The position numbers were made by a program, and so were the translations under genes. This document shows, piece by piece, positions 27,750-41,269 of a stretch of DNA of 64,000 bases. A model generated the notes under the pieces. The model was not told the origin of the DNA, searched no databases, and saw nothing but the letters and a program-made list of their open reading frames with translations. The number at the start of each line of letters is the position of its first letter. The first letter of the stretch is position 1. This DNA is from Eledone cirrhosa (lineage: Eukaryota): positions 31,248,001-31,312,000 of the forward strand of contig OZ024760.1 of NCBI GenBank assembly GCA_964016885.1. Reading direction: 5' to 3'.

Positions 27750-28360
27750 TCATCATCATCATCATCATCATCATCGTTTAACATCCGTGTTCCACGCTTG
27801 CATGGGTTTGGACGGGGGTTTTCCCACTTGAGGCAAGAGTGATTGTCTTGCTCGCATAGGACTGTCTGGCGGGTTTTCTACAGCTGGATGCCCTTCCTAA
27901 CACCAACCACATTTACAGTGTGGGGCTGGGAGGTTTTTACCGTGTTGCCTACACGCCCACATTACAGCGTGGACTGTCTGGCGGGTTTTCTACAGTTGGA
28001 TGCCCTTCCTAACACCAACCACATTTACAGTGTGGGGCTGGGAGGTTTTTACCGTGTTGCCTACACGCCCACATTACAGTGTGGACTGTCTGGCAGGTTT
28101 TCTACAGTTGGATGCCCTTCCTAACACCAACCACATTTACAGTGTGGGGCTGGGAGGTTTTTACCGTGTTGCCTACACGCCCACATTACAGTGTAGACTG
28201 TGTTTTTTTGTCGTGACACCTACACGATCTCATTTGTTTCGGCCTGGATGTTGTGGCACCAACATAACTTTACATTGAAAGGGGCGGTGTGGATGGGGTG
28301 GGGGTAGTGGGACGGGGGTGTATTTTGTTAGAGATGCCTACTGACTGTAGTAGGTTTTAC
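27750..28360 (-). mobile_element. RTE 3' UTR with internal 112-bp triplication
   Basis: ggactgtctggc recurs at 27859, 27971, 28083. Confidence 0.85.
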
Positions 28361-28362
28361 TT

Positions 28363-28412
<50 letters not shown>

Positions 28413-28535
28413 GGTCCAGGTTTTAGGTCCAGTCTCTTTGCATAGAAATTATATAGGTTGGATACATTTTGTTCACAGTGTAAGGGTGGTGTGGACGGGA
28501 GTGGGTGTGTGGAAGTATAGTGGTTAAGAGGTGCC

Positions 28536-28596
<61 letters not shown>

Positions 28597-28599
<3 letters not shown>

Positions 28600-28783
28600 G
28601 GAAAAGGTATGACCCCGACGGCAGAGCTCAAGCCGTTTCGACTCAATCCAGAAATAGCCGTCGAAACGGCTTGAGCTCTGCCCTCAGGGACATACCTTTT
28701 CCTATTACCCACTCTACTACCCTAAGTATTGAGTACTCTGGTGCGTTATGGTCCATCTGGTTCCTTACCACAATTCTTTCGTT
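28597..28783 (+). mobile_element. Family C fold-back insertion
   Basis: Arms 28597-28642 and 28660-28705 plus about 78-nt tail. Confidence 0.75.
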
Positions 28784-28792
28784 ATATATATT

Positions 28793-29143
<351 letters not shown>

Positions 29144-29314
29144 TATATATATATATATACATTAGGTAGTATAAATATGTGTATGTGTGTGTATATGTGT
29201 GTATTATATATATATATATATATATACATACATATTTATTCATATATATTCTCTTTTATTTCATCCCTCCTCCTCCCTCCCTACCTCCCTCCCTCCCCAT
29301 ACACCTGTGGTCAG

Positions 29315-29645
29315 GTTTGAGGTAGGGCATGCAGGCCACGACAGCCCCTGTGATATCTATTCCTACCTGACACCAACACAGCGCAAGGATCAACATATTA
29401 AAGAACTGAAGAACCAAATCCGAGTTATGGGTAAACAAATGGAGGACAAAGAACGAGACATTGAACTGCTGAAGAGCGAACGTGGCGTAGAGACAGCGAA
29501 GGTGTTTGAAGAGAGAACGGAAGAGATTGATAAACTGAGAGAGGAAATGATTGAACTCCAGGTGAAGAATGAACAGTTGGTTATGGACCATTCCGATGCA
29601 CAGGAGTGTATCAAAGAACTCCAACTGGAGGTTAATGAGCTGAAG
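29315..29645 (+). CDS. qtc: qtc-like coding exon 3 (coiled coil)
   Basis: SYLTPTQRKDQHIKELKNQIR resembles the quick-to-court motif as I recall it; cag acceptor, AAG/gttcgt donor, phase 0. Confidence 0.85.
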
Positions 29646-29697
29646 GTTCGTATCATCATATATATATATATATTTATATATATATATATACACACAC

Positions 29698-30000
29698 ATC
29701 ATCATCATCATCATTTTACGTCCGCTTCTCCCTGCTTGCAAGGGTGGGACGGGAACCGATTCTGGCTTCATTTCTACAGCTGGATGCCCTTCCTAACACC
29801 AACCTCATTTACAGTGAGTGCTGGCTGATTTTTTGCCATGGCACCTACAGGACCCTATCATCTCATTTCTACAGCTGAATAAACTGGAGCAATGTGAAAT
29901 AAAGTGTCTTGCTCAAGGACACAACACATCACCCGGTCTGAGAATTGAACTCACAACTTTCGATTGCAAGGCCAATGCTCTAACCGCTAAGCCATGTGCC
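29698..30000 (-). mobile_element. tRNA/CORE-like SINE (family of 13690)
   Basis: Reverse complement of 13690-14030 with an internal deletion. Confidence 0.85.
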
Positions 30001-30102
30001 TATATATATATATATATATTTATGCATATATACACACACATATATATTTATACATACACACACACACACATATATATATGTGTGTGTGTATATATATATA
30101 AA

Positions 30103-31290
30103 TCATCATCATCATCATCATTTAACGTCCATCTTCCACGCTAGCATGGGTTAGACGGTTTTGTTCCATTTCATGCGAAGATCAGGTCTTGCTCGCACGG
30201 AAGCATCTCTGGCAGGTTATTTTTACACCTGGATGCCCTTCCTAACACCAATCACATTTACAGTGTGGACTGGGAGCCTTTTCACCGTGTCTCCAATATG
30301 GCCACCTTACAGTGTGGACTGTTGTGTCATCAACACAGTGGATGGAACAGAAGAAGGAGTGTGGGGTGTGGCGGTGGGGTGTACATTGAGTTAACGGGTG
30401 CCTACTGCCTGTAGGTTTGAATGCAATGGTAGTTGGGTCTTCTGTACAACTACATGGCACCAAAGGTCTTGATCCAGTGACATTGTCTTAGAGAGGTGTA
30501 GGTGAGCAAGGTCAGTTTTTATCACCTCATCCCAAGTTTTTCTTGGTCTACCCACTCCGCAGCTTCCATCAATTTTCATTGCCCTGCACTTTTTATACAC
30601 CTGTCGTCCTTCATATGCATCACATGTCCATACCAACGCAATCTCCTCTCCAGAACACAAGATTTGATACCTTATTGTTAGTTTCCTTCTTAGTTTGTTT
30701 ATGCTTCGCTTTTCGCGCACGTTACTATTACACATCCATCGGAGCATGCAAGCTTCATTTCTTTCTAATCTATGCAGGTCTTCAGCACACAATGCCCAGG
30801 TCTCACTACCATGTAATATCGCTGTTTGTATACAAGCATCATACAATCTGCCTTTCATTTTCAGAGAGAAACCCCTTGTGGCCAACAGCGGTATTAGCAC
30901 TCTGAACTTTTTCCATCCCGTTCTAACTCTGACTACTACACTTTCAGAGCACCCTCTTCCACTGCTGATTTTGTCACCCAGGTAATGGAAGGTGTCTACT
31001 ATTTCTACAGAACCATCTGGGCAGTTGAAGGAGATATCATCCAGTGGGTCCTTGCTACTTACTGCACCTGAGCATCAGCCACATATAAAATATACATTCT
31101 TAGATAGCTTACCTCTGATCCAACTACATCTTTTATGTACCCATATTTTGCATTTGGGACATAGAATGGAGTTTCTGCCTACTCCTTTCTTACACACTGA
31201 GCATGGCCATTTCCCAGAGGATACCTGTGCCCTATTCTCCTTTCTGCATACTAGAACCTTAATCTTAGACAAGTTGCCATAGGCAAGCTT
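30103..31290 (-). mobile_element. RTE LINE fragment (second subfamily) with 3' UTR
   Basis: GKWPCSVCKKGVGRNSILC..KGRLYDACI..GRPRKTW; (GAT)n tail. Confidence 0.88.
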
Positions 31291-31338
31291 ATACAATTAA
31301 GTCTATGCTAAGGTATGTCAATATATTAACACCAAATA

Positions 31339-31398
31339 TATTTTATCTGATGAAAGCACACTAATATTTTGTGTCCTTGAAAAACGTATAATAAAATA
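31339..31398 (+). ncRNA. Hammerhead motif (family A), stem III weakened
   Basis: tattttat-CTGATGA-aagcacac..gtgtcctt-GAAA-aacgt-ATA-ataaaata. Confidence 0.7.
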
Positions 31399-31548
31399 AA
31401 TATGGTATTATATACTTTCATTTATTAATATTGTTAATATTAATAATACTCCAGATAAATACTGCAGAGTGCTTCATATCTGTTATAAAATTAACTTTGT
31501 TGAATGATAATCAACAAACCATATAACTCATTGTTTATATATATATAT

Positions 31549-31741
31549 AACGAAGGAGTTGTGGTAAGAAACCAGATGGACCATAACGCACCAGAGTACT
31601 CAATACTTAGGGTAGTAGATGGGTAATAGGAAAATGTATGACCCCGACAGCAGAGCTCAAGCCGTTTCGACGGCTATTTCTCGACAGAAATAGCCGTCGA
31701 AACGGCTTGAGCTCCGCCAACGGGGTCATACATTTTCCTAT
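31549..31741 (-). mobile_element. Family C fold-back insertion
   Basis: Arms 31626-31681 and 31686-31741, tail on the left. Confidence 0.75.
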
Positions 31742-32164
31742 ATAAATATATATACATAAATATATATATATATACAAGGGTCAGTCTGTAAACTTTTCAG
31801 CCAACCCTCATATATATGCAAACAGCCCATTTTTACCAGAAACACGTCTGGAAAAGCCCAGTTTTCACATATAAACATTTAGTTATGGCATATTCTTCCT
31901 CACCGCCTCTGTACCTGTGCTACCTCACCCCCTACTACGCCCCCCCCTGTGTACCTGTACTACCTCCACCACCCATGTACTATGCCCCACCCCTATACTA
32001 CCACCACTGCCCCTCTACCTGTACCCCCCACCGCCCCTGTACCTGTACTACCCCCCCCCCAATTAAAACAAACAAAGAAAAAACTGAAAAAACTGAAGAG
32101 TAGGGTAGTTTTGGGGTGAGTCCCTCAGTCCTTTCTGAGCTCCTGTTGGTCCCTTATTTTCCAG

Positions 32165-32260
32165 GACAGTATGAAGAAGCGTGAAGATGACCAGGAGAAG
32201 ATGTATCTGGAGATGTACAAGAAAGGACAGCAGTCAGCACAGTTTGAAAGGGAGGAGGAC
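32165..32260 (+). CDS. qtc: qtc-like coding exon 4
   Basis: DSMKKREDDQEKMYLEMYKKGQQSAQFEREED; ttttccag acceptor and gtaagt donor, phase 0/0. Confidence 0.88.
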
Positions 32261-32304
32261 GTAAGTTTTCTTTCAGGGGGTGGGGACAGGGCTCTGTTTA
32301 CTAT

Positions 32305-33672
32305 CACCCACACTCATCACCTCCACCCACCTCATCACCTCCGCCCACACTCATCACTTCCATCTACACTCATCACCTCCACCCACACCCATCACCTCCT
32401 CCCACACTCATCACCTCCACCCCCACTCATCACCTCTACCCACACTCATCACCTCCGCCCACACTCATTACCTCCACCCACACTCATTACCTCCACCCAC
32501 ACTCATCACCTCCACCCATCATCATCACCTCCACCCACACTCATCACCTCCGCCCACACTCATCACCTCTGCCCACACTCATTACCTCCACCGACACTCA
32601 TCACCTCCACCCACACTCATCACCTCCGCCCACACTCATCACCTCCGCCCACACTCATCACCTCCACCCACACTCATCACCTCCACCCACACTCATCACC
32701 TCCATCCACACTCATCACCTCCACCCACACTCATCACCTCCACCCACACTCATCACCTCCACCCATACTCATCACCTCCACCCACACTCATCACCTCCAC
32801 CCACGTTCATCACCTCCACCCACACTCATCACCTCCACCCATATTCATCACCTGCACCCACACTCATCACCTCCACCTACCTCATCAACTCCACCCACCT
32901 CATCACCTCCACCCACACTCATCACCTCCACCCACACTCATCACCTCCATCCACACTCATCACCTCCACCCACACTCATCACCTCCACCCACACTCAGAA
33001 CCTCCGCCCACACTCAGCACCTCCACCCACACTCATCACCTCCACCCACACTCATCACCTCCACCCACACTCATCACCTCCACCCACACTCATCACCTCC
33101 ATCCACACTCATCACCTCCACCCACACTCATCACCTCCACCCACACTCATCACCTCCACCCACACTCATCACCTCCATCCACACTCATCACCTCCACCCA
33201 CACTCATCACCTCCACCCACACTCATCACCTCCGCCCACACTCATCACCTCCACCCACACTCATCACCTCCACCCACATTCATCACCTCCACCCACACTC
33301 ATCACTTCCACCCACACTCATCACCTCCACCCACACTCATCACCTCCACCCACACTCATCACCTCCACCCACACTCATCACCTCCACCCACACTCATCAC
33401 CTCCACCCACACTCAGAACCTCCGCCCACACTCAACACCTCCGCCCACACTCATCACCTCCACCCACACTCAACACCTCCACCCACATTCATCACCTCCA
33501 CCCACACTCATCACCTCCACCCACACTCATCACCTCCACCCACACTCATCACCTCCACCTACCTCATCAACTCCACCCACCTCATCACCTCCACCAACAC
33601 TCATCACCTCCACCCAAACTCATCACCTCCGCCCACACTCATCAACTCCACCCACACTCATCACCTCCACCC
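32305..33672. repeat. 19-bp minisatellite, about 70 copies, in qtc intron 4
   Basis: Unit cactcatcacctccaccca. Confidence 0.95.
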
Positions 33673-34299
33673 ATCATCATTATCATCATCTCCAACTGAT
33701 CCGACTGGATCCCCAAGCGAGGCTAACCAAGCTCATGGATGTTATCCAACCATCTTACTCGTGATCCACTCCTCGGTCTCCCGTCGGTTGGTTTTGCCCT
33801 TTAAATTGATATATAATTATTTTTTATATCATTTAAACTTGTTTAATTAATGCTTTGAACTAATGTCATGAAACATAATCAATATGTGTATTGATTGAAC
33901 CTATATAGTATATATAATTAGACCAGCCAAACTCATGGATGTTATCCAGCCATCTTGCTCAGGGTCTACCTGGAGACATGTGGCCTAGTGGTAAGGGTGT
34001 TGGACATACGATCATAATGTTTAGTTTAAAAAAAAAAAAATTCCCTTTTGCAGTATCAGTAGAGGGTCGGACGCCATGCTTTGCAGCAAAGAGTTACGGC
34101 CCTTTATGGTCTGAGTTCAAATCCCACTGAGGTTAACTTTGCCTTTCATTCTTACGGGGTCGATAAAATAAAGTAGCAGTAATACACTAGGGTAATTGCT
34201 GGCCTTGTGCCAAAAGTAGAAACAATTATTCTATACATACGTTTTTGGTGTTTCTTTTCCATATTTTTTTCAACATTTCTCCTCAATGTTTCATTACAG

Positions 34300-34614
34300 T
34301 TGCAGACTTTACTTACCCGTGGAGTGAACAACGTTGGTATACGAGAACTGGCTCGACGTCTGGCATGGACCGAGTGTGAACTGGCAAAATGGCAAACCAT
34401 TCAACGACGTGAGGTCTATGAGAGCGCAGACAAGCCAAGTACAGAGGCTGCAGCTACATTGCGCTTCCTCAAGGACTCTTTCTTTCATTACTTGACCAAC
34501 GAAAAAGATTCAGATGACCATTTGCGTGCTATGATACGCATATTTAATTACACTGAGGTACAGAAAAAGAAAGTTGCAAAGAATCTTCTGGAAGGAAAAA
34601 AACTGAGAAAATAG
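34300..34614 (+). CDS. qtc: qtc-like terminal exon with GRIP domain
   Basis: ATLRFLKDSFFHYLTNEKDSDDHLRAMIRIFNYTEVQKKKV fits the GRIP pattern; stop at 34614, AATAAA at 34633; spliced CDS 1575 nt = 524 aa. Confidence 0.88.
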   Translation: MQTLLTRGVNNVGIRELARRLAWTECELAKWQTIQRREVYESADKPSTEAAATLRFLKDSFFHYLTNEKDSDDHLRAMIRIFNYTEVQKKKVAKNLLEGKKLRK

Positions 34615-34757
34615 CAACAATTATAAGATATAAATAAATAAACTTTTATGAACATATTTATGTGTATATATGTGTGTTTATATATATATAGATGTATATA
34701 TATGTGTGTTTATATATATATATGTATGTGTGTTTATATATGTATATATATATATAA

Positions 34758-34925
34758 AACAAAGAAAGTGTGGTAAGGAACCAGATGGACCATAACGCAC
34801 CAGAGTACTTGATACTTAGGGTAGTAGAGTGGGTAATTGGGAAAGAGTCCGGACCCCGACGGCTGAGCTCCGGCCATTTCAACAGTTAGATCTGTTCGGA
34901 TCTAGCTGTTGAAAATCTTTTCCTA
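34758..34925 (-). mobile_element. Family C variant with shortened fold-back arm
   Basis: Same tail; hairpin 34877-34914; ends ttccta like the other copies. Confidence 0.65.
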
Positions 34926-34980
34926 TATATATATATATAGTCATACATATGTGTTTGTGTTATATATATATATATATATT

Positions 34981-35825
34981 CTAGGGCGGGTAACATTCCA
35001 GAGATCCATGGACGAGTTATCTCCAGCGGTCTCTGTCCCTCATTATCGCTGTCATGTCCCTCATTATCGCTGTCATTATCGCTGTCATGTCTCCAACAGA
35101 CCAGTGTCTGTCCTTAGGGCATCAACATACGTTAACCTTGGTCTTCCTCTTCTAGTGTGTCCATGTAGGGGCTCCCACAGGAGCACTGAGTGCAATGTCA
35201 ACTCTGGATGTCGATGAGCATGTCCAGCTAACCTCAGTCTCCTCTGTGTCACTTTTGAGCTGACTTTTGGGAGGCTCCCATACAGCTTCAGAGAGGGAAG
35301 ATCAACCACCAGTCACATCCTGATGCTGAGGAGGATATTAGAGGGAGCTAGAGCAAAGTGCCTTCCTGTGGTCATGGTTTTCATTGACTTTAAGAAGGCC
35401 TTTGATTCTGGTGACCGTCACTGCCTGATGAAGATCATACAGGCTTATGGAATCCCCAAGAAGATAGTGGACCTGATATCACTGCTCTACACCAACACCA
35501 AAGCCCAAGTCATTACACCTGATGGGATGACAGAGTTCTTTGAGATACTGGCTGGAGTGCTCCAGGGAGGTACATTGGCTCCCTACCTTTTTATCATCGT
35601 AGTGGACTATTGTATGCGCCTTGCACTGGAGAAACACCAGGACTCTGGCTTTACTGTAGCACCGGCTCAGAGCAGGAGAGTTAAGGTGAAAAAGATATCA
35701 GATGCTGAATTTGCTGACGACATAGTTTTGGTGACAAATACAGTGAAGGAGGCAGAGGATTTGATGTAGGAGGTTGAGACTGTGTCGATGAGTGTGGGGC
35801 TGAGAATGAATGAGACTAAAACAAA
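34981..35825. mobile_element. RTE-like LINE with 5' inversion (3' end on -, RT core on +)
   Basis: - strand RRLRLAGH..LLWEP..GRPRLTYVD; + strand FIDFKKAFDS..GVLQGGTLAPYLF..FADDI; junction near 35285. Confidence 0.85.
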
Positions 35826-35927
35826 AATATATATATATATATACATACCGATATGTATACATATGTGCAATCATTTATACATATACACATACACTCGCAC
35901 ACAAATTATTACACATACATACATGTA

Positions 35928-36003
<76 letters not shown>

Positions 36004-36271
36004 GTATATATAAGTGTGAGTGTGTATCATTAGTTCATACCTATTTTTAAATGGACATTAAATGATAATTAAATAATTTCAATTAGAAATTTTGCAGATT
36101 AAAAAAAAGCTGACAAAGATTTTCGTTGCTTTAAATAAAATATTATTGTTTGTTTGTTTTTTATCTGTAAATTCTAGGAAAGTTAAGCAGAGGGTATATT
36201 CTGATAGCCAGGAATTATCCATTGTTATCTATCATGTTCTGATGTATATCAAACACTGTTTATTTTGTTCC

Positions 36272-36700
36272 ACATACTAGCAATTGGTAACACACCTACT
36301 AGCAATTGGCAATACACCTACTAGCAATTGGCAATACACATACTAGCAATTGGTAATACACCTACTAGCAATTGGCAATACACATACTAGCAATTGGCAA
36401 TACACATACTAGCAATTGGCAATACATATAGTAGCAATTGGCAATACACATACTAGCAATTGGCAATACACATACTAGCAATTGGTAATACACATACTAG
36501 CAATTGGCAATACATATACTAGCAATTGGCAATACATATACTAGCAATTGGCAATACATATAGTAGCAATTGGTAATACATATAGTAGCAATTGGCAATA
36601 CATATACTAGCAACTGGCAATACATATACTAGCAATTGGCAATACATATAGTAGCAATTGGTAATACATATAGTAGCAATTGGCAATACATATACTAGCA
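36272..36700. repeat. 22-bp minisatellite, about 19 copies
   Basis: Unit tactagcaattggcaatacaca. Confidence 0.95.
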
Positions 36701-37211
36701 AAAAGTTATGACATGACAAAATACTAGGAAGGTTAACATAATATATTACACTGTTATCAAATATCAACCAACATAAAACTTTGATATGTTATAGACAAAA
36801 CATGTACATAAATTGTAGTGTATATACAAATAGATGTTTTGGTAGTTTGGAGAGAAAAATATAATTATTATGTATTATATATACACCCACCGGTGGATTG
36901 GCAGTATTGGTGGAGGGTCAGACGCCATGCTTTCCAGCATAGTTACGTCCCTTTACGATCTGAATTCAAATCTCGCCGAGGTTGACTTTGCCTTTCATCC
37001 TTACGGGGTCGATAAAATAAAGTACCAGTAATGCACTGGGTAATTGCTGGCCTTGTGCCTAAAGTAGAAACAATTATATATACACCCACACATACACTTT
37101 AAATATCTGCTGTATGTGTGTACAAAATACTATGTATGTCTTAAATAATATATGACTCTTCCTCTCTCTCTCTCTCTATATATATCTTTTAATTTGAATT
37201 ATATTTATAAA

Positions 37212-37739
37212 CAGTTGTCCCCAGGTATTCATGGGGTTTATGTTTCTAGATCACCCACGAAGAGCGAAAAACCACGAATATTTGATGTGGTCCATAAAAA
37301 TGCCTATAAACGTCAAAATATAAAGTAAAATTCTTTCTACTTTTGGCACAAGGCCAGCAATTATCCAGTGTATTACTGCTACTTTATTTTATCGACCCTC
37401 TAAAATAAAGTACCAGTAATGCACTGGGTAATTGCTGGCCTTGTGCCAAAAGTAGAAACAATTTTACTTTATATTTTGACGTTTATAGGCATTTTTATGG
37501 ACCACATCAAATATTCGCGGTTTTTCGCTCTTCGTGGGTGATCTAGAAACATATAAGTAAAATATAGGCCGGCAAATACAGTAAATTGTTATTAATAATT
37601 TAGCATTAAAAGATATTTATTGCCACAAAAACAGCCATAAAAAAATTGCAAATATGCAGTGGTTCCATGAACAATTATTAGTTAGGTTCTAAGGAAATTT
37701 CCACAAATCACCGGGACTCCAAATGCTGGGAGCATATTG
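37212..37739. mobile_element. Tigger/pogo-like MITE containing a SINE-centred palindrome
   Basis: Imperfect TIRs cagttgtccccaggtatt / aatgctgggagcatattg-ta; palindrome 37239-37553. Confidence 0.5.
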
Positions 37740-38002
37740 TATATATATATGATATTTTACATCTCTCTCTCTTAGAATGGTGAGACTAACCTCTGATGAG
37801 TATCTGAGTCTCCTGTGGTTTAATTATAATCAATAGTTTGTCTATGAGGATCAAGTATATTGATTGAATTTTTTGATGATCGATTACATAGATTGATTTT
37901 AAGCTACACTTTTCGTGATATGAAATAGCACTATAAGGTTTCTCTTAAGATTCCATCAATGTACATATTCTCTCTATATATATACATATATCTTTTTCAT
38001 TT

Positions 38003-38038
<36 letters not shown>

Positions 38039-38356
38039 TGGCGGACTGGCCAGGTTGCCCAATGGCATGTGGTATTGCAGGGCCCACTGTAGAAATTTAG
38101 GGGTCAATGCTTTGCTTTAAAAAATACCTGAAGTCTAAGAGAAAGAATAAATTAATAGAAACCAAAATATATGATAGTGCAAATAGCTGGAATCAGTGGT
38201 TGTACATTCTACTAAATGTAAAGCTTAATGTATTCATTCATGCATGCAAACATACATACATAGACACACACACACACAAAATAATGTTTGGTACCAATCA
38301 GTTAAAGACATCTGTCAAATCAATTAGTGGTGAAGGTGGTGTATATATATATATAT

Positions 38357-38546
38357 GAAAAAGTATGACCCCGATGGCAGAGCTCAAACCGTTTCGACGG
38401 CTATTTCTATACAGAAATAGCCGTCGACACGGCTTGAGCTCTGCCGTCAGGGTCATACTTTTTCCTATTTCCCACTCTACTACCCTAATTATTGAGTACT
38501 CTGGTGCGTTTTGGTCCATCTGGTTCCTTACCACAATTCCTTTGTT
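38357..38546 (+). mobile_element. Family C fold-back insertion
   Basis: Arms 38357-38408 and 38413-38464 plus tail. Confidence 0.75.
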
Positions 38547-38562
38547 ATATATATATATATAT

Positions 38563-39184
38563 ATATGAAAAAAGTTTGTCCTTCATCAGTGATCTTCCAA
38601 CTATCATAGGCATTTCATCGCTTTAAAGACCATATACCTCCGGTTGGTGCGAGCAACGGCTAAAAAAAGTCGTTGGGACACGTAAATAAAGGGGACGCGA
38701 GGGTAAACAAACAAAATGGTGAAGCAACAGAGAGTGAGGAAGAAGGAGACAAGTCCCAGATTTCTATGAATTTAAGTTCGGTGAAATCGTGAACGAGAGA
38801 ATAAAGACCATCAAACCTGGTTGAAATGTGAGCAAGGAAGGAATTTCACTCCCGTTAGACCTGTGCGAAATTCCTTCCTTGCTCACATTTCAACCAGGTT
38901 TGATGGTCTTTATTCTCTCGTTCACGATTTCATCGAACTTAAATTCATTGAAATCTGGGACTTGTCTCCTTCTTCCTCACTCTCTGTTGCTTCACCATTT
39001 TGTTTGTTTGCCCTCGCATCCCCTTTATTTACGTGTCCCAACGACTTTTTTTAGCCGTTGCTCGCACCAACCGGAGGTATATGGTCTTTAAAGCGATGAA
39101 ATGCCTATGATAGTTGGAAGATCACTGATGAAGGACAAACTTTTTTCATATGTAACCCATTTGCAACTCCACAGCGCCCTTATT

Positions 39185-39188
<4 letters not shown>
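38563..39188 (+). mobile_element. 285-bp-arm palindrome with 37-nt tail in (TA)n, probably PLE-derived
   Basis: Arms 38563-38847 and 38867-39151; half core CTGATGA-aggac near the arm end. Confidence 0.6.
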
Positions 39189-39221
<33 letters not shown>

Positions 39222-39827
39222 AAAATTAAATTAAGGGTGTCATGTCAGAGAGACATGTACCATATCCACTGTAAAATATGTTCCAAGATTCCAATGAATA
39301 GATCCGAGCATTTTATATCAACTAGAAATTGATTGACATATATATATATCTAAAATAAACATATTAAACAATCACAGGGAATAATTTGTAAAAGTGTGTA
39401 ATCACACATAGCTATGTAGGTAACTAATTAAAGTTTAACTAGAACTTTAAAAATAGATATCTTATAAATTGATTAATCTTCCTTGTATATATTTCATTAA
39501 AGAAATATATTTCACTATCAATCGATCGGTAAATCACAGTAGCCAAATCCCGGATTTTCAACAAGGGAGAAGATCTAAATATCTGTGTTTACACAGCAAA
39601 TTCAAATCTGTGAATGACTAGCAACACGTGTTGCATTTTTTAAAAATACACACATCGTACCAGCTTCATCCCAGGGTCGGAATAGGGTTATTGACAACTA
39701 GAAATAGCAGCCGAGTCCTTTCAACTGAGTTAGCTCTACAGTTAAGGGGCCGTGTATATATCCAGAATGTGTCAGCCGCATGCGTAGAGAACCAGTCTAT
39801 TTCACAACTTAATATATATATATATGT

Positions 39828-40215
39828 GGAGGCACATGGCTTAGTGGTTAGAGCATTGGCCTTGCAATCGAAAGGTTGTGAGTTCAATTCTCAGACCGGG
39901 TGATGTGTTGTTTCCTTGAGCAAGAGACTTTATTTCACATTGTTCCAGTATACTCAGCTGTAGAAATGAGATGATAGGGAGCCCAGTCTCTATCATTCCA
40001 CTGCAAAGTGGTCGTGGAGGCGCCACAGCAAAAAAGTACCTAGCCCACACTGTAAAGTGGACGTGTAGGCGCCATGGAAAAAAAGCACCCAGCCCACACT
40101 GTAAATGAGGTTGGTGTTAGGAAGGGCATCCAGTTGTAGAAATCAAGCCAGAATCAGTTCCCGTCCCACTCTTGCAAGCAGAGAAAAGCGGACGTAAAAT
40201 GATGATGATGATGAT
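39828..40215 (+). mobile_element. tRNA/CORE-like SINE with RTE tail
   Basis: Near-identical to 13690-14030. Confidence 0.88.
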
Positions 40216-40242
40216 ATATGTGTGTGTGTGCTTGTATATATA

Positions 40243-41107
40243 CAGTGTGCGGACGATATTTGTTCGTAAGATTACTGTCTAGGAAAAAATAACACTAGTT
40301 TTATTTTTTAAGATATATTTATCAAACTTGGGTCAGTTTGTCTTCACAGCTTGTTCTTTCGATCTCATTCGATAAACCCACCATTGGCTTTGATGAAGGT
40401 CTCAAGGCGGCCTTGGAACCGGCTACAAGCCTTCGTCATTGTCCCCCGACTTAGGCCACTAAAGGCACTTGTGATCCTAGCCTTCAGATCGTCTTTCGTA
40501 TTGCAGCTAGATCTGTTGGTGTCTCGTTCCACTGCGCCCCACACAAAGAAGTCGAGGGGGTTGCAGTCAGGTGAAGTATGGTCGACAAAGTTCTCTGACA
40601 GCCAGGCTTGGGTCTTTCGGCTGGTATGGCAGGGCGCTGAGTCTTGCTGCCACACGTACGGCCTACCTGCAGCTAGCTGGTCGATCCAGGGCTTTACTAC
40701 CTCGCTCAGAACGTGGTTGTAGCCATCGGTGTTTAGCTTGAGGCCCTCACGGAAGAAGTGAGGTGGCATGACGTCATCTTGACTGCTGACGACACCTAAG
40801 ACCAATGTTGTCGCTGGAAACTTTGTCTGCATGACTCTGGGCACGTCATTGGATGAGACACCATTCTCCTGCTGAGGCTGAGAAAGTCTGAAATTTCCTT
40901 ATTTGTCCTCCCGGCACGGATTCCAAGAAGAACTCCGTGTCTCTTCCACAAATTTAGAGGTTCAAAATTATTCATAATCAATTATTCTGAAAATAAATAA
41001 TGGAAATATAGTCACTGTTTTTATGAAGACAAGAGTGACAACGGAAGTAAAAAAATTTGCATAAAATTAGCAGTTGACAATTGCGAACAAATATCGTCCT
41101 CACCCTG
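40243..41107 (-). mobile_element. Internally deleted Tc1/mariner (maT-like) transposon
   Basis: TA-flanked TIRs cagtgtgcggacgatatttgttcg / cgaacaaatatcgtcctcaccctg; WQQDSAPCH..SPDCNPLDFFVWG. Confidence 0.9.
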
Positions 41108-41269
41108 TATGTATATACTCAGACCTGGAGAGGGATGGGCTCTGCCAGGTTTTAAATGTCCAAGAAACGGCGTATGTCACGTCTCAGGCGTCACAGGACC
41201 ATATATATATAGTAGTACACTATATATATATATAGTAGTACAGTAGTACACTGTATATATATATATATA

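Noticed and set aside
32261-33850. His/Pro-rich 559-aa and 494-aa ORFs
   Set aside because: The 19-bp unit is not a multiple of 3 and lacks stops by composition; a gtaagt donor at 32261 excludes it
33726-33962. Duplicated segment of about 35 bp as alternative qtc exons
   Set aside because: No convincing splice sites; exons 4 and 5 already join in phase
39070-39140. Permuted (type II) hammerhead in the 285-bp palindrome
   Set aside because: Stems II and III do not pair; only a half core is supported
39698-39709. ctagaaatagca matching the Cas9 sgRNA scaffold
   Set aside because: Only 12 nt and the flanks do not match; chance
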